A stretch of 37,726 nt of DNA from Burkholderiaceae bacterium (GCA_036280035.1 DASURM010000171.1:1-37726), one strand, 5' to 3'. Counted from the stretch's first letter, positions 1-9,064 are shown. Numbers and translations are program-made. The notes: generated from the sequence alone by a model not told the origin.

Positions 1-432
1 CACGCCACCAGCTCCCACCAGGCGCTCGACCGCATCATCAACTTCTGCCCCGAGGAGCGGCGCGCGCAGCTGCTGATGGACCTCTCGCTCAACCTCAAGG
101 GCATCATCTCGCAGCGGCTGCTGCCGCGCGAGGAGGGCAAGGGTCGCATCGCCGCGGTGGAGATCATGCTCAACACGCCGCTGGTTTCGGACATGATCTT
201 CAAGGGCGAGGTCGGCGAGTTGAAGGAGCTGATGAAGCGCTCGCGCGAGCTGGGCATGCAGACCTTCGACCAGTCGCTGTTCGATCTCTACGAGCAGCGC
301 CACGTGTCGTACGAAGACGCGCTGCACAACGCCGACTCGGTCAACGACCTGCGGCTGCAGATCAAGCTCAACAGCGCGCGCGCGCGCAATCAGGATCTCG
401 CCGCCGGCACCGAGCACCTGACGATCGTTTGA
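1..432 (+). CDS. pilU: PilT/PilU-family type IV pilus retraction ATPase, C-terminal fragment (5' end outside the window)
   Basis: Frame 1 is open from the window edge. The translated tail (HATSSHQALDRIINFCPEERRAQLLMDLSLNLKGIISQRLLP...GMQTFDQSLFDLY) is the conserved C-terminal region of PilT/PilU ATPases. The long non-conserved tail fits PilU better than PilT. Confidence 0.8.
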   Translation, partial: HATSSHQALDRIINFCPEERRAQLLMDLSLNLKGIISQRLLPREEGKGRIAAVEIMLNTPLVSDMIFKGEVGELKELMKRSRELGMQTFDQSLFDLYEQRHVSYEDALHNADSVNDLRLQIKLNSARARNQDLAAGTEHLTIV

Positions 433-459
433 GCGCCGGCGCGCGGCGCAGCATCGGCG

Positions 460-487
460 GGGCCGCGGCTTACACTGCGGCCCTTTT
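460..487 (+). terminator. Rho-independent terminator after pilU
   Basis: Stem GGGCCGC (460-466) pairs with GCGGCCC (477-483), with a 10-nt loop and then TTTT (484-487). It lies 28 nt after the pilU stop. Confidence 0.55.
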
Positions 488-502
488 CCATCGAGGGCTG
501 CC

Positions 503-1390
503 ATGAAGACCTACGAGTCGACGCCGCCGCGCAAGACTGCCTTCCTCGGACTCGGCGTGATGGGCCGCCCGATGGCGGGTCATCTGGCGCGCGCCGGCCA
601 TGATGTGTGCGTTTACAACCGTACCGCCAGCAAGGCGCAGGCGTGGACCCAGGAGTACGGCGGCCGCTTCGCGCCGACGCCGCGCGAGGCCGCCGCCGGC
701 GCCGATTTCGTCTTCTGCTGCGTCGGCAACGACGACGATCTGCGCTCGGTGGTGCTCGGCGACCAGGGTGCGCTGGTCGGCATGAAGAAGGGGGCAATCT
801 TCATCGACCACACCACCGCGTCGGCCACGGTGGCGCGCGAACTGGGCGCTGCAGCCGGAGCCTCGGGGCTGTCATTCGTCGATGCGCCGGTGTCCGGCGG
901 CCAGGCCGGCGCCGTCAACGGCATGCTCACCGTGATGTGCGGCGGGGATCAGGCGCCCTTCGACGCGATGAAGCCGCTGGCGATGTCGTTCGCGCGCGCG
1001 GTGACGCTAGTCGGGCCCGGCGGGGCGGGCCAGTTGGCGAAGATGGTCAATCAGGTCTGCATCGCAGGCCTGGTGCAGGGCTTGTCCGAAGGCATCGCGT
1101 TCGGCCAGAGGGCCGGGCTGGACATGAAACTGGTACTCGAGGTGATCGGCAAGGGCGCCGCCCAGAGCTGGCAGATGGACAACCGCGGCACGACGATGAT
1201 CGACGACCGGTTCGACTTCGGCTTCGCGGTCGACTGGATGCGCAAGGATCTCGGCCTCCTACTCGACGAGGCGCGGCGCAACGGCGCCCACCTGCCGGTG
1301 ACCGCTCTGGTCGACCAGTTCTACGGCGACGTGCAGGCGATGGGCGGTCGCCGCTGGGACACCTCGAGCCTGATCAAACGCCTGCTCTGA
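503..1390 (+). CDS. NAD(P)-dependent oxidoreductase, 3-hydroxyisobutyrate dehydrogenase / 2-hydroxy-3-oxopropionate reductase family
   Basis: N-terminal Rossmann motif FLGLGVMGRPMAGHL, a typical 6-phosphogluconate-dehydrogenase-like NAD-binding domain and C-terminal helical domain. GAGGG lies upstream of the ATG. Confidence 0.85.
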   Translation: MKTYESTPPRKTAFLGLGVMGRPMAGHLARAGHDVCVYNRTASKAQAWTQEYGGRFAPTPREAAAGADFVFCCVGNDDDLRSVVLGDQGALVGMKKGAIFIDHTTASATVARELGAAAGASGLSFVDAPVSGGQAGAVNGMLTVMCGGDQAPFDAMKPLAMSFARAVTLVGPGGAGQLAKMVNQVCIAGLVQGLSEGIAFGQRAGLDMKLVLEVIGKGAAQSWQMDNRGTTMIDDRFDFGFAVDWMRKDLGLLLDEARRNGAHLPVTALVDQFYGDVQAMGGRRWDTSSLIKRLL

Positions 1391-1405
1391 AGCGGCTGCG
1401 AACCG

Positions 1406-2062
1406 CTACTTCTTCGGTGGCTCGTTCTTCGGCGCAGCGCTCTCGGCGTTGGAGCTCAGGTTGGCGAGTTCGGCATCGCTGATGATCTCGAACACGCGCA
1501 CCACCTTCTGCACGCCGCTGACCGTGCGGGCCAGGTCGGCTGCGCGCGTGGCCTCGCGCTCGGTGAGGCGGCCCATCAGATAGACGATGCCGCGTTCGGT
1601 GACGACCTTGATCGCGTTGGCCTGCAGATCCTTCGCGTCGACGAAAGTGGCCTTGACCTTGGTGGTGATGAACGAATCGTTCGAGCGCGACGAGATCGAA
1701 CTGGGCAATGCCACCGCCAGCTCGTTGACCGTCGAGCGCACGTTGTCGATCTGCTGCACCGCCTGCTCGACCGCCGTGCGGTCGGCCTCGGTGGGCACCT
1801 CGCCGGTCAGCAGCACCGTGCGGTTGTAGCTCGTGATGTTCACGTGCCCGCGGTCGCCGAGCAGCTCGCCCACCCGCTGGCTGGCCTTCAGCTCGATCGC
1901 CGCGTCATCCACCTGCGCGCCGGTGCTGCGCCGATCGACGTACATCATCGTGCCGCCGACCATCGCGCCGCCGACCACCAGCGGAGCACACGCGCCGAGC
2001 TGCAGCGCCGCCACCGTCGCGACGACCAGAAGGCGCGCTCGACCGCGGCGTTGTATCGACAT
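1406..2062 (-). CDS. dolP: BON-domain outer-membrane lipoprotein (DolP/YraP-like)
   Basis: Signal peptide with an LQLGAC lipobox and two BON-type repeats (NITSYNRTVLLTGEV and IKVVTERGIVYLMGRL). Synteny yraN-diaA-dolP matches E. coli. I chose the ATG at 2060-2062 as the start; the ORF extension to 2131 would overlap the upstream gene. Confidence 0.75.
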   Translation of the reverse strand: MSIQRRGRARLLVVATVAALQLGACAPLVVGGAMVGGTMMYVDRRSTGAQVDDAAIELKASQRVGELLGDRGHVNITSYNRTVLLTGEVPTEADRTAVEQAVQQIDNVRSTVNELAVALPSSISSRSNDSFITTKVKATFVDAKDLQANAIKVVTERGIVYLMGRLTEREATRAADLARTVSGVQKVVRVFEIISDAELANLSSNAESAAPKNEPPKK

Positions 2063-2076
2063 GGGTGGTCTTTGCA

Positions 2077-2673
2077 TCATGAGGGGTCCTGTTCTCCCAG
2101 CAATTGAAGATCGATCGTGTCGCACAGGCAATGCAGGATCAGCAGCTGCATCTCCAGCACGCGTGCGGCGCGCTCATGCAGTACGCTGATCGCCGCATCG
2201 GTCTCGCCGAGCGCGGCGCGCAACGCGCCGCCGCCGGCACCCAGCAGGGCGATCACGGCCATGTCGTTGGCGTGCGCCGCCTGCACGGCGGCGAGCGACG
2301 CCTCGTGCTGGCCCTCGACGTCGAGCAGCAACAGCAGGTCACCCGGCGAGCCGAGCGTCGCCACCTGTCGCGCCAGAATCGCTGCCGCGTCGCCGGCGAT
2401 CGACAGCTGGCTGGATAGCACCGCGTCGGCGCCCAGCGCGATCACCGCCAAGCCGGGCCGCTCACGCTCGAAGCGTCCGATCAGCTGCCCTGCACACAAT
2501 GACGCCAGCGCGACACCCGATCCGACGCCACACACCAGCACCTTGCCGCCTGCGGTGAGCACGCCGACGATGGCTTGCGAGGCCTCGGCGATCGGCCGCG
2601 CCAGGGACTCCGCCGATCTGTACTTCAGGTCCGCCGCATCGAAGAACTGCTGCTGGATGCGCTGCTCGAGCAT
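2077..2673 (-). CDS. diaA: SIS-domain protein, DiaA / phosphoheptose-isomerase-like
   Basis: SIS fold motifs VCGVGSGVALASLCAGQLIGRFERERPGLAVIAL and LHERAARVLEMQLLILHCLCD. A start at ATG 2671-2673 (MLEQRIQQQF) aligns with DiaA/GmhA N-termini. Synteny supports the call. Confidence 0.8.
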   Translation of the reverse strand: MLEQRIQQQFFDAADLKYRSAESLARPIAEASQAIVGVLTAGGKVLVCGVGSGVALASLCAGQLIGRFERERPGLAVIALGADAVLSSQLSIAGDAAAILARQVATLGSPGDLLLLLDVEGQHEASLAAVQAAHANDMAVIALLGAGGGALRAALGETDAAISVLHERAARVLEMQLLILHCLCDTIDLQLLGEQDPS

Positions 2674-2754
2674 GGGCGCCGATGATAAGTCAGCCCGCTC
2701 GGGTCGAACTGGAGGCTGCCCGGCGGTGATCATTGCGTCAGGCTCGCGACCCGC

Positions 2755-3126
2755 TCAGGCGTCGAACGCCGCACGCAGCCACTGCACCTGCGCCCCCTCG
2801 ATCGCGACAACGTCGAAGCGGCAAGGTGGCGTGTGCGCCAGCCCCGCCAGATAGTGACGCGCCGCCAGCACGATGCGTTGTCGCTTACGTGCGGTCACGC
2901 TCGCCAGCGCGCCACCGAACGCAACCGTGGCACGCGAACGCACCTCGACGAACACGATCGTGCCGTCTCGTTCGCGCACGATCAGGTCGATCTCGCCGCC
3001 GCGTGCACGCGGCCCGCGCGCCACCCGATAATTGCGGCACAGCAGGGTCAGGCCATGGCGCAGCAAGTGCTCGAGCGCGAGCGCTTCGGCCTGGTCGCCC
3101 GTTGACTTCGGCGTTGTTCCCGCCAA
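2755..3126 (-). CDS. yraN: YraN-family (UPF0102) endonuclease-like protein
   Basis: Only the last ~123 codons of the 312-aa ORF look coding (GEIDLIVRERDGTIVFVEVRSR core). There is no ATG; TTG at 3124-3126 is preceded by AAGGAGG. The upstream part of the ORF is antisense to rsmI. Confidence 0.7.
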   Translation of the reverse strand: MAGTTPKSTGDQAEALALEHLLRHGLTLLCRNYRVARGPRARGGEIDLIVRERDGTIVFVEVRSRATVAFGGALASVTARKRQRIVLAARHYLAGLAHTPPCRFDVVAIEGAQVQWLRAAFDA

Positions 3127-3135
3127 CCAGCCTCC

Positions 3136-4101
3136 TTGAACCTCGACGCATCGCTGTGCCAACAAGCGGCCGCCACCGCCGCCGGCGGTCAGCACTACCC
3201 CGCACCGGCGCTCTACATGGTGGCCACGCCGATCGGCAACCTGGCCGACCTGAGCCTGCGCGCGTTGCACGTGCTGGCACTGGCGGACCTGGTGGCCTGC
3301 GAGGATAGCCGTGTCGCGCGGCGCCTGCTGCGCCACTTCGCGCTCGACCGGCCGTTGCTGGCACTGCACCGGCACAACGAGCGCGAGGCTGCCGACGCCG
3401 TGCTGCAGCGGTTGGCCGGCGGAGCCCGGGTGGCGTACGCGAGCGACGCCGGCACGCCGGCCGTGTCGGACCCGGGTGCCGTCCTGGTGCGGGCGGCGGT
3501 GACGGCGGGCTATCGAGTGGTGCCGATCCCGGGAGCCAGCAGCGTGACCGCTGCGCTGAGCGTCGCCGGCGACGCCATCGCCCACGGCTTTCGTTTCGGG
3601 GGCTTTGCCCCGAGCCGGGGCAGCGCGCGCCAGCGCGCGTGGGATGCCGCCTGTGCCGACGGGTCGACACAGGTGTGGCTCGAGGCGCCGCACCGCATCG
3701 CCGCGCTGGCCGACGAGTGGGCGGCGCGCTGCGGCGCGCGGCTGGTCACACTGTGTCGCGAATTGACCAAGCAGTTCGAGACCGTGACGACGCTACCCGC
3801 GTCGGGCCTGCCGCAATGGTTGCTGGCCGATGCCGAGCGACGGCGCGGCGAGTTCGTGCTGGTGCTGCACGCGTCGGCGCCGGTGCATGCGGTCGACGAC
3901 TCGGGCGACGCAGCACCGGCGGCCGAACCGCTGCGCGTGCTCGACATCCTGCTGGCCGAGGTGCCGTTGAGACAGGCGGTGGCGCTGGCCGCGCGCATCA
4001 GCGGCGCGCCGCGCAACGCGCTGTACGAGCTGGCGCTGAAGCGGCGGGGTTTGACCGCACGGCCGTCCTCCGAAACGGACGATCCTACAATCTGGCCATG
4101 A
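3136..4101 (+). CDS. rsmI: 16S rRNA (cytidine1402-2'-O)-methyltransferase RsmI
   Basis: Motifs LYMVATPIGNLADLSLRAL, CEDSRVARRLL, SDAGTPAVSDPG and CRELTK. The start is uncertain: TTG 3136 is taken from the ORF track, and ATG 3208-3210 (the M of LYMVATPIGN) is an alternative. Confidence 0.85.
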   Translation: MNLDASLCQQAAATAAGGQHYPAPALYMVATPIGNLADLSLRALHVLALADLVACEDSRVARRLLRHFALDRPLLALHRHNEREAADAVLQRLAGGARVAYASDAGTPAVSDPGAVLVRAAVTAGYRVVPIPGASSVTAALSVAGDAIAHGFRFGGFAPSRGSARQRAWDAACADGSTQVWLEAPHRIAALADEWAARCGARLVTLCRELTKQFETVTTLPASGLPQWLLADAERRRGEFVLVLHASAPVHAVDDSGDAAPAAEPLRVLDILLAEVPLRQAVALAARISGAPRNALYELALKRRGLTARPSSETDDPTIWP

Positions 4102-5564
4102 TCTCGCGCGAACCCACGATCGAACGCCTGGCGCTGGCGCGCCGCCTGCTGCTCGACTCCGCGGGCCTCGACGAAGGCGCGTTGCAGGAGGCACTGGCCT
4201 GCATCGGTGGCCACCGAGTCGACGATTGCGACTTGTACTTCCAGATCACGCGGCACGAAGGCTGGAGCCTCGAAGAAGGCATCGTCAAGAGCGGCAGCTT
4301 CGGCATCGACCAGGGCGTCGGCGTGCGTGCGGTGGCTGGCGAGAAGACCGCATTCGCGTATTCGGACGACATCTCTCGCGCCGCGCTGCTCGACGCCGCG
4401 CGCACCGTGCGCAGCATCGCGGCGGCCGGGCAGAGCAAGCAGGTCAAGGTCGGCGCCGGTGCGTCGCAAGTGGCGCCCAGCCACGCGCTGTATTCGGCGA
4501 TCGACCCCATCGCAACGCTCGACAGCACGCAGAAGGTGGCGCTGCTGGAGCGCGCGGAGCGCCTGGCGCGCTCGCGCGACCCGCGCGTCGTGCAGGTGAT
4601 GGCCGGTCTGGCGGCCGAATACGACATCGTGATGGTCGCCCGTGCCGATGGCACGCGCGCGGCCGACGTGCGGCCGCTGGTGCGGATGTCGATCACGGTG
4701 ATCGCCGAGTCCGGCGGCCGGCGTGAGATCGGCAGCGGCGGCGGTGGCGGCCGCTTCGGGCTCGGTTACTTTCAGGACGACGTACTCGCTCGCTACGTCG
4801 ACCAGGCAGTCAATGCCGCGCTGACCAACCTCGAGTCGCGGCCTGCGCCGGCCGGCGAGATGAGCGTCGTGCTCGGCCCCGGCTGGCCCGGGGTGCTGTT
4901 GCACGAGGCCGTCGGTCACGGTCTCGAGGGTGACTTCAACCGCAAGGGCTCGTCGGCGTTCTCGGGTCGCGTCGGTCAGCGCGTCGCGGCCAAGGGCGTG
5001 ACGGTGCTCGACGACGGCACGCTGCCCGATCGCCGCGGCTCGCTCAATGTCGACGACGAAGGGCACGCCACGCAGCGCAACGTGCTGATCGAAGACGGCA
5101 TCCTGCGCGGCTACATCCAGGACGCGCTGAATGCGCGCCTGATGAAGGTCAAGCCCACCGGCAACGGCCGTCGCGAGAGCTACGCGCACGTGCCGATGCC
5201 GCGCATGACCAACACCTACATGCTCGGTGGCGACAAGACCAAGGAAGAGATCGTCGCCGGCCTCGACCGCGGGCTGTACGCGACCAATTTCGGCGGCGGC
5301 CAGGTCGACATCACCAGCGGCAAGTTCGTGTTCTCCGCGAGCGAGGCGTTCTGGGTCGAGAAGGGCCGCATCCTGTATCCGGTGAAGGGCGCCACGCTGA
5401 TCGGCAACGGCCCCGACGCGCTGACGCGCGTCAGCATGATCGGCAACGACATGTCGCTCGACACCGGCGTCGGCGTCTGCGGCAAGGATGGTCAGAGCGT
5501 GCCGGTGGGAGTCGGCCAGCCGACGCTGCGCATCGATCGCCTGACCGTGGGGGGAACCGCGTGA
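4098..5564 (+). CDS. tldD: Metalloprotease TldD
   Basis: MISREPTIERLALARRLLL N-terminus, HEAVGHGLEGDFNRKGSSAF metal-binding motif, and C-terminal GNGPDALTRVSMIGND. ATG 4098 overlaps the rsmI stop (ATGA). The upstream 153 codons of the ORF are a run-on. Confidence 0.9.
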   Translation: MISREPTIERLALARRLLLDSAGLDEGALQEALACIGGHRVDDCDLYFQITRHEGWSLEEGIVKSGSFGIDQGVGVRAVAGEKTAFAYSDDISRAALLDAARTVRSIAAAGQSKQVKVGAGASQVAPSHALYSAIDPIATLDSTQKVALLERAERLARSRDPRVVQVMAGLAAEYDIVMVARADGTRAADVRPLVRMSITVIAESGGRREIGSGGGGGRFGLGYFQDDVLARYVDQAVNAALTNLESRPAPAGEMSVVLGPGWPGVLLHEAVGHGLEGDFNRKGSSAFSGRVGQRVAAKGVTVLDDGTLPDRRGSLNVDDEGHATQRNVLIEDGILRGYIQDALNARLMKVKPTGNGRRESYAHVPMPRMTNTYMLGGDKTKEEIVAGLDRGLYATNFGGGQVDITSGKFVFSASEAFWVEKGRILYPVKGATLIGNGPDALTRVSMIGNDMSLDTGVGVCGKDGQSVPVGVGQPTLRIDRLTVGGTA

Positions 5565-5656
5565 AGCCTCCCTGTCGAGGTTTGGTAGCGGTTGCCGTGT
5601 TTGGCATGCAGGCCGAGCCCCGGGGAGCGGGCGCCGGTCGTGTTAGAGTGCGCGCC

Positions 5657-5734
5657 ATGCGTCGCATGCCGTTCTTCTTTGCGTACTTTTGGTTCTCGCC
5701 CCCGCCCGGCGGCTGGATAAACGTGCGCACCTGA
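5657..5734 (+). CDS. Candidate aromatic-amino-acid leader peptide (MRRMPFFFAYFWFSPPPGGWINVRT)
   Basis: A 25-codon ORF with the run F-F-F-A-Y-F-W-F lies 85 nt upstream of the DAHP synthase start, followed by a terminator/antiterminator pair. The SD is weak (AGAG). Confidence 0.55.
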   Translation: MRRMPFFFAYFWFSPPPGGWINVRT

Positions 5735-5754
5735 AGACGACGCGACCCAGACCA

Positions 5755-5781
5755 AGCCGCCGGCAACCCCGGCGGTTTTTT
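5755..5781 (+). terminator. Attenuator terminator in the DAHP synthase leader
   Basis: CCGCCGG (5757-5763) pairs with CCGGCGG (5769-5775) across a 5-nt loop, followed by TTTTTT (5776-5781). The 5' arm can alternatively pair with CCGGCGGCU at 5706-5714 inside the leader ORF. Confidence 0.65.
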
Positions 5782-5818
5782 CTTGCCTGCCCGCCCCGAA
5801 CACCCGAACCAAGCAGGA

Positions 5819-6958
5819 ATGACCACCGTGACTCCTCGACCGACCCCGACCGACCCGCTCGAGAGCGCCCATCGCTTCTCCTTGAGCGAGCGCACCAGCC
5901 AGACCGACGACCAACGCATCCGCGACGTCATTCCGCTGCCACCACCGGAGCACCTGATTCGCTTCTTTCCGATCGCCGGCACTCCGGTCGAGAAGCTGAT
6001 CGGCCGCACGCGCGCGGCAGTGCGCAAGATCATGCTGGGCGAGGACGACCGCCTGCTGGTGGTGATCGGCCCGTGCTCGATCCACGATCCGGCCGCCGCG
6101 CTCGAGTACGCGCGCCAGCTGAAGGCAGAGCGCGCGCGCTACGCCAACACACTCGAGATCGTGATGCGGGTGTACTTCGAGAAACCGCGCACCACAGTGG
6201 GCTGGAAGGGCCTGATCAACGACCCCTACCTCGACGAGAGCTACCGCATCCACGAGGGGCTGCGCATCGCACGCCAGTTGCTGGTGGACATCAACCGCCT
6301 CGGCGTGCCGGCGGGCAGCGAATTCCTCGACGTGATCAGCCCGCAGTACATCGGCGACCTCATCGCCTGGGGCGCCATCGGCGCGCGCACCACCGAGAGC
6401 CAGGTGCACCGCGAACTGGCCTCGGGGCTGTCGGCGCCGATCGGCTTCAAGAACGGTACCGACGGCAACCTGAAGATCGCCGTCGACGCTATCCAGGCGG
6501 CCGCGCGGCCGCATCATTTCCTATCGGTGCACAAGAACGGCCAGGTCGCGATCGTCCAGACCAAAGGCAATGCCGATTGCCACGTGATCCTGCGCGGCGG
6601 GAAGGCCCCGAACTACGACGCCGCCAGCATTGCGGCCGCCTGCAGGGAGCTCGAAACGGCCAAACTGCCGTGCCGGCTGATGGTCGACTGCAGCCACGCG
6701 AATTCGAGCAAGCAGCACCAGCGCCAGATCGAGGTGGCGCGCGATGTCGCGGCACAGGTCGCCGGCGGCACACGCTGCGTCTTCGGCGTCATGGTCGAGA
6801 GCCACCTGGTCGGGGGCGCACAGAGGTTCAACCCGGGCAAGGACGACCCGGCGGCGCTTGAATACGGCAAGAGCATCACCGACGCCTGCCTCGGCTGGGA
6901 CGATTCGCTGGCCGTTCTGCGACTGCTCGACGCCGCGGTGCGCCAGCGGCGCGGCTGA
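5819..6958 (+). CDS. aroG: 3-deoxy-7-phosphoheptulonate (DAHP) synthase, class I
   Basis: Motifs DDRLLVVIGPCSIHD, KPRTTVGWKGLINDP and DCSHANS. The start is at ATG 5819 after AGCAGGA. The isozyme (Phe/Tyr/Trp-sensitive) cannot be decided from sequence. Confidence 0.9.
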   Translation: MTTVTPRPTPTDPLESAHRFSLSERTSQTDDQRIRDVIPLPPPEHLIRFFPIAGTPVEKLIGRTRAAVRKIMLGEDDRLLVVIGPCSIHDPAAALEYARQLKAERARYANTLEIVMRVYFEKPRTTVGWKGLINDPYLDESYRIHEGLRIARQLLVDINRLGVPAGSEFLDVISPQYIGDLIAWGAIGARTTESQVHRELASGLSAPIGFKNGTDGNLKIAVDAIQAAARPHHFLSVHKNGQVAIVQTKGNADCHVILRGGKAPNYDAASIAAACRELETAKLPCRLMVDCSHANSSKQHQRQIEVARDVAAQVAGGTRCVFGVMVESHLVGGAQRFNPGKDDPAALEYGKSITDACLGWDDSLAVLRLLDAAVRQRRG

Positions 6959-6970
6959 TCGCGCGGCGCG

Positions 6971-7549
6971 TCAGGCCGGCGCCTGGCGTGCGAGCTTGCG
7001 GCTGCGCCAGTAGACGTCGTCGCCGCCCAGGCCGTCGAGGTTGGCGCGATTGAGCACGCGCGCGAGCACGAACAGCAGGTCGCTCAAGCGGTTCAGGTAC
7101 TGGCGCGGCGCCGCGTTGACCGTGTCGATCTCGCCCAGCGCGACCACGGCGCGCTCAGCGCGCCGCGCCACCGTACGCGCGACGTGCGCGGTCGCCGCGC
7201 TGCGCGTACCCCCGGGCAGAATGAATTCGGCCAGCGGTGGCAGCGTGGCGTTGTAGCGCTCGAGCGCCTGGTCGAGATGGTTCACCGCGTCGTCGCCGAG
7301 CAGCGTCTGGCCGGGCCACGACAGCTCGCCGCCGAGGTTGAACAGCTGCTGCTGAACCTCCTGCAGCAGGCTGCGCACATCGTCGGGCAGCGGCTCGCTC
7401 AGCAGCACGCCGAGCTGCGAGTTCAACTCGTCGACGTCACCCATCGCGGCGACGCGGCGGTGGCTCTTGGCAATGCGTGAGCCGCCGGTCAGACCCGTGG
7501 TGCCGTCGTCGCCGGTGCGCGTGGCGATCCGGGTCAGTCGCTTGCCCAT
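6971..7549 (-). CDS. PduO-type ATP:cob(I)alamin adenosyltransferase
   Basis: The N-terminus MGKRLTRIATRTGDDGTTGL and the helical bundle (AAMGDVDELNSQLG, LNRLSDLLFVLAR) fit this family. Only the last 192 codons of the 656-aa ORF are coding. Confidence 0.85.
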   Translation of the reverse strand: MGKRLTRIATRTGDDGTTGLTGGSRIAKSHRRVAAMGDVDELNSQLGVLLSEPLPDDVRSLLQEVQQQLFNLGGELSWPGQTLLGDDAVNHLDQALERYNATLPPLAEFILPGGTRSAATAHVARTVARRAERAVVALGEIDTVNAAPRQYLNRLSDLLFVLARVLNRANLDGLGGDDVYWRSRKLARQAPA

Positions 7550-7639
7550 GGCGGCATCGTAACCCCGCGGGCAGGCGAGGGCGCCTCTTTCTACAATGCA
7601 CCAGCCTCCCGACGCGGGAAACCTCGAAAGGCTGTTGCC

Positions 7640-9058
7640 ATGAACGCGCCCGACCTCGAAGTGATGGTGAAGGTGCAGCGCCGCCCGGTGCTGCCAGCCT
7701 TCCTCGACGCCCTGGCCCAGCGCTTCGGCGATCGCTGCAGCCGCGCCCAGGCGGTACGCGAGCAGCACGGCCGCGACGAGTCGCCGTTCGTGGTTCCGCC
7801 GCCCGACGCGGTGGTGTTCTGCGAGAGCGCCCGCGACGTCGTCGACGCGGTGAAGCTGGCGGCGCAGCATGCGGTGCCGATCATCCCGTTCGGTGTCGGC
7901 TCGTCCCTCGAGGGCCACCTGCTCGCGGTGCAGGGCGGCATCACGCTCGATCTGCAGCGCATGAACCAGGTGCTGCGAATCAACGCCGAGGATCTGACTG
8001 CCACCGTGCAGCCCGGCGTCACCCGCAAACAGCTCAACGAGGCGATCAAGCACCTGGGGTTGTTCTTCCCCATCGACCCCGGTGCCGATGCGTCGCTCGG
8101 CGGCATGGCCGCCACCCGTGCCTCCGGAACCAATGCCGTGCGTTACGGCACGATGCGCGAGAACGTGCTCGCGCTGGAAGTGGTCACTGCCGCCGGCGAG
8201 GTGATCCGTACCGGCACGCGCGCCAAGAAGTCGAGCGCCGGCTACGACCTGACGCGACTGTTCGTCGGCAGCGAAGGCACGCTCGGCGTGATCACCGAGG
8301 TGACGCTGAAGCTCTACCCGTTGCCCGAGGCGATCTCGGCGGCGATCTGTCACTTTCCGAGCGTGGCCGCCGCAGTCGACACGACGATCGCGGTCATCCA
8401 GATGGGCGTGCCGATCGCCCGCGTCGAGCTGCTCGACGCCAATGCGGTGCGCGCGGTCAACAAGCACGACAAGCTCGCGCTGCGCGAGACACCGATGCTG
8501 CTGATGGAGTTCCACGGCAGCGACGCCGGCGTCGCCGAACAGGCGACCACGGTGCAGGGCATCGCGAGCGAGCACGGCGGCGAGGCGTTCCAGTGGGCGC
8601 GCACGCCGGAGGAGCGCACGCGGCTGTGGACCGCACGCCACCGCGCCTACTTTGCCGGGATGGCGGCCAACCCCGGTTGCCGCACGGTCACCACCGACGC
8701 CTGCGTGCCGATCTCGCGGCTGGCCGAGGCGATCGGCGAGTCGGTACGCGAGGCCGACGAGTCGGGGCTGCCGTACTACATCGTCGGCCACGTCGGCGAC
8801 GGCAACTACCACGTGGCCTACCTGATCGACCCCAAGGACAGCGCGCAATTCGACACCGCCGAGCGCCTCAACCTGCGCCTGGTGCAGCGCGCGCTGCGAC
8901 TGGAAGGCACCTGCACCGGCGAGCACGGCGTCGGGCTGCACAAGCAGGGCTTCCTGGTCGACGAGACCGGCGAAGGCAGCGTCGAGATGATGCGCACGGT
9001 CAAACGGGCACTCGACCCGAAGAACATCCTCAACCCGGGCAAGATCTTCGCGCTCTGA
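7640..9058 (+). CDS. FAD-binding oxidoreductase, GlcD / D-lactate (D-2-hydroxyacid) dehydrogenase family
   Basis: PCMH-type FAD-binding domain (VPIIPFGVGSSLEGH) and FAD-linked oxidase C-terminal domain (GTCTGEHGVGLHK, LNPGKIF). Confidence 0.85.
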   Translation: MNAPDLEVMVKVQRRPVLPAFLDALAQRFGDRCSRAQAVREQHGRDESPFVVPPPDAVVFCESARDVVDAVKLAAQHAVPIIPFGVGSSLEGHLLAVQGGITLDLQRMNQVLRINAEDLTATVQPGVTRKQLNEAIKHLGLFFPIDPGADASLGGMAATRASGTNAVRYGTMRENVLALEVVTAAGEVIRTGTRAKKSSAGYDLTRLFVGSEGTLGVITEVTLKLYPLPEAISAAICHFPSVAAAVDTTIAVIQMGVPIARVELLDANAVRAVNKHDKLALRETPMLLMEFHGSDAGVAEQATTVQGIASEHGGEAFQWARTPEERTRLWTARHRAYFAGMAANPGCRTVTTDACVPISRLAEAIGESVREADESGLPYYIVGHVGDGNYHVAYLIDPKDSAQFDTAERLNLRLVQRALRLEGTCTGEHGVGLHKQGFLVDETGEGSVEMMRTVKRALDPKNILNPGKIFAL

Positions 9059-9064
9059 TCCGCG

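Noticed and set aside
5712-5720. DnaA-box-like GCTGGATAA (7 of 9 to TGTGGATAA)
   Set aside because: It is a single imperfect copy inside the leader ORF, with no cluster and no AT-rich unwinding element. I take it as coincidental, and no oriC is evident in this window.
7550-8941. N-terminal extensions of real genes: 6971-8941, 9092-11494, 2755-3693, 3639-5564, 16261-17403, 27544-29898 and 25623-26972
   Set aside because: Family alignments, signal peptides, Shine-Dalgarno sequences and 4-nt stop/start overlaps place the true starts much further downstream. The extensions overlap neighbouring genes on the other strand.
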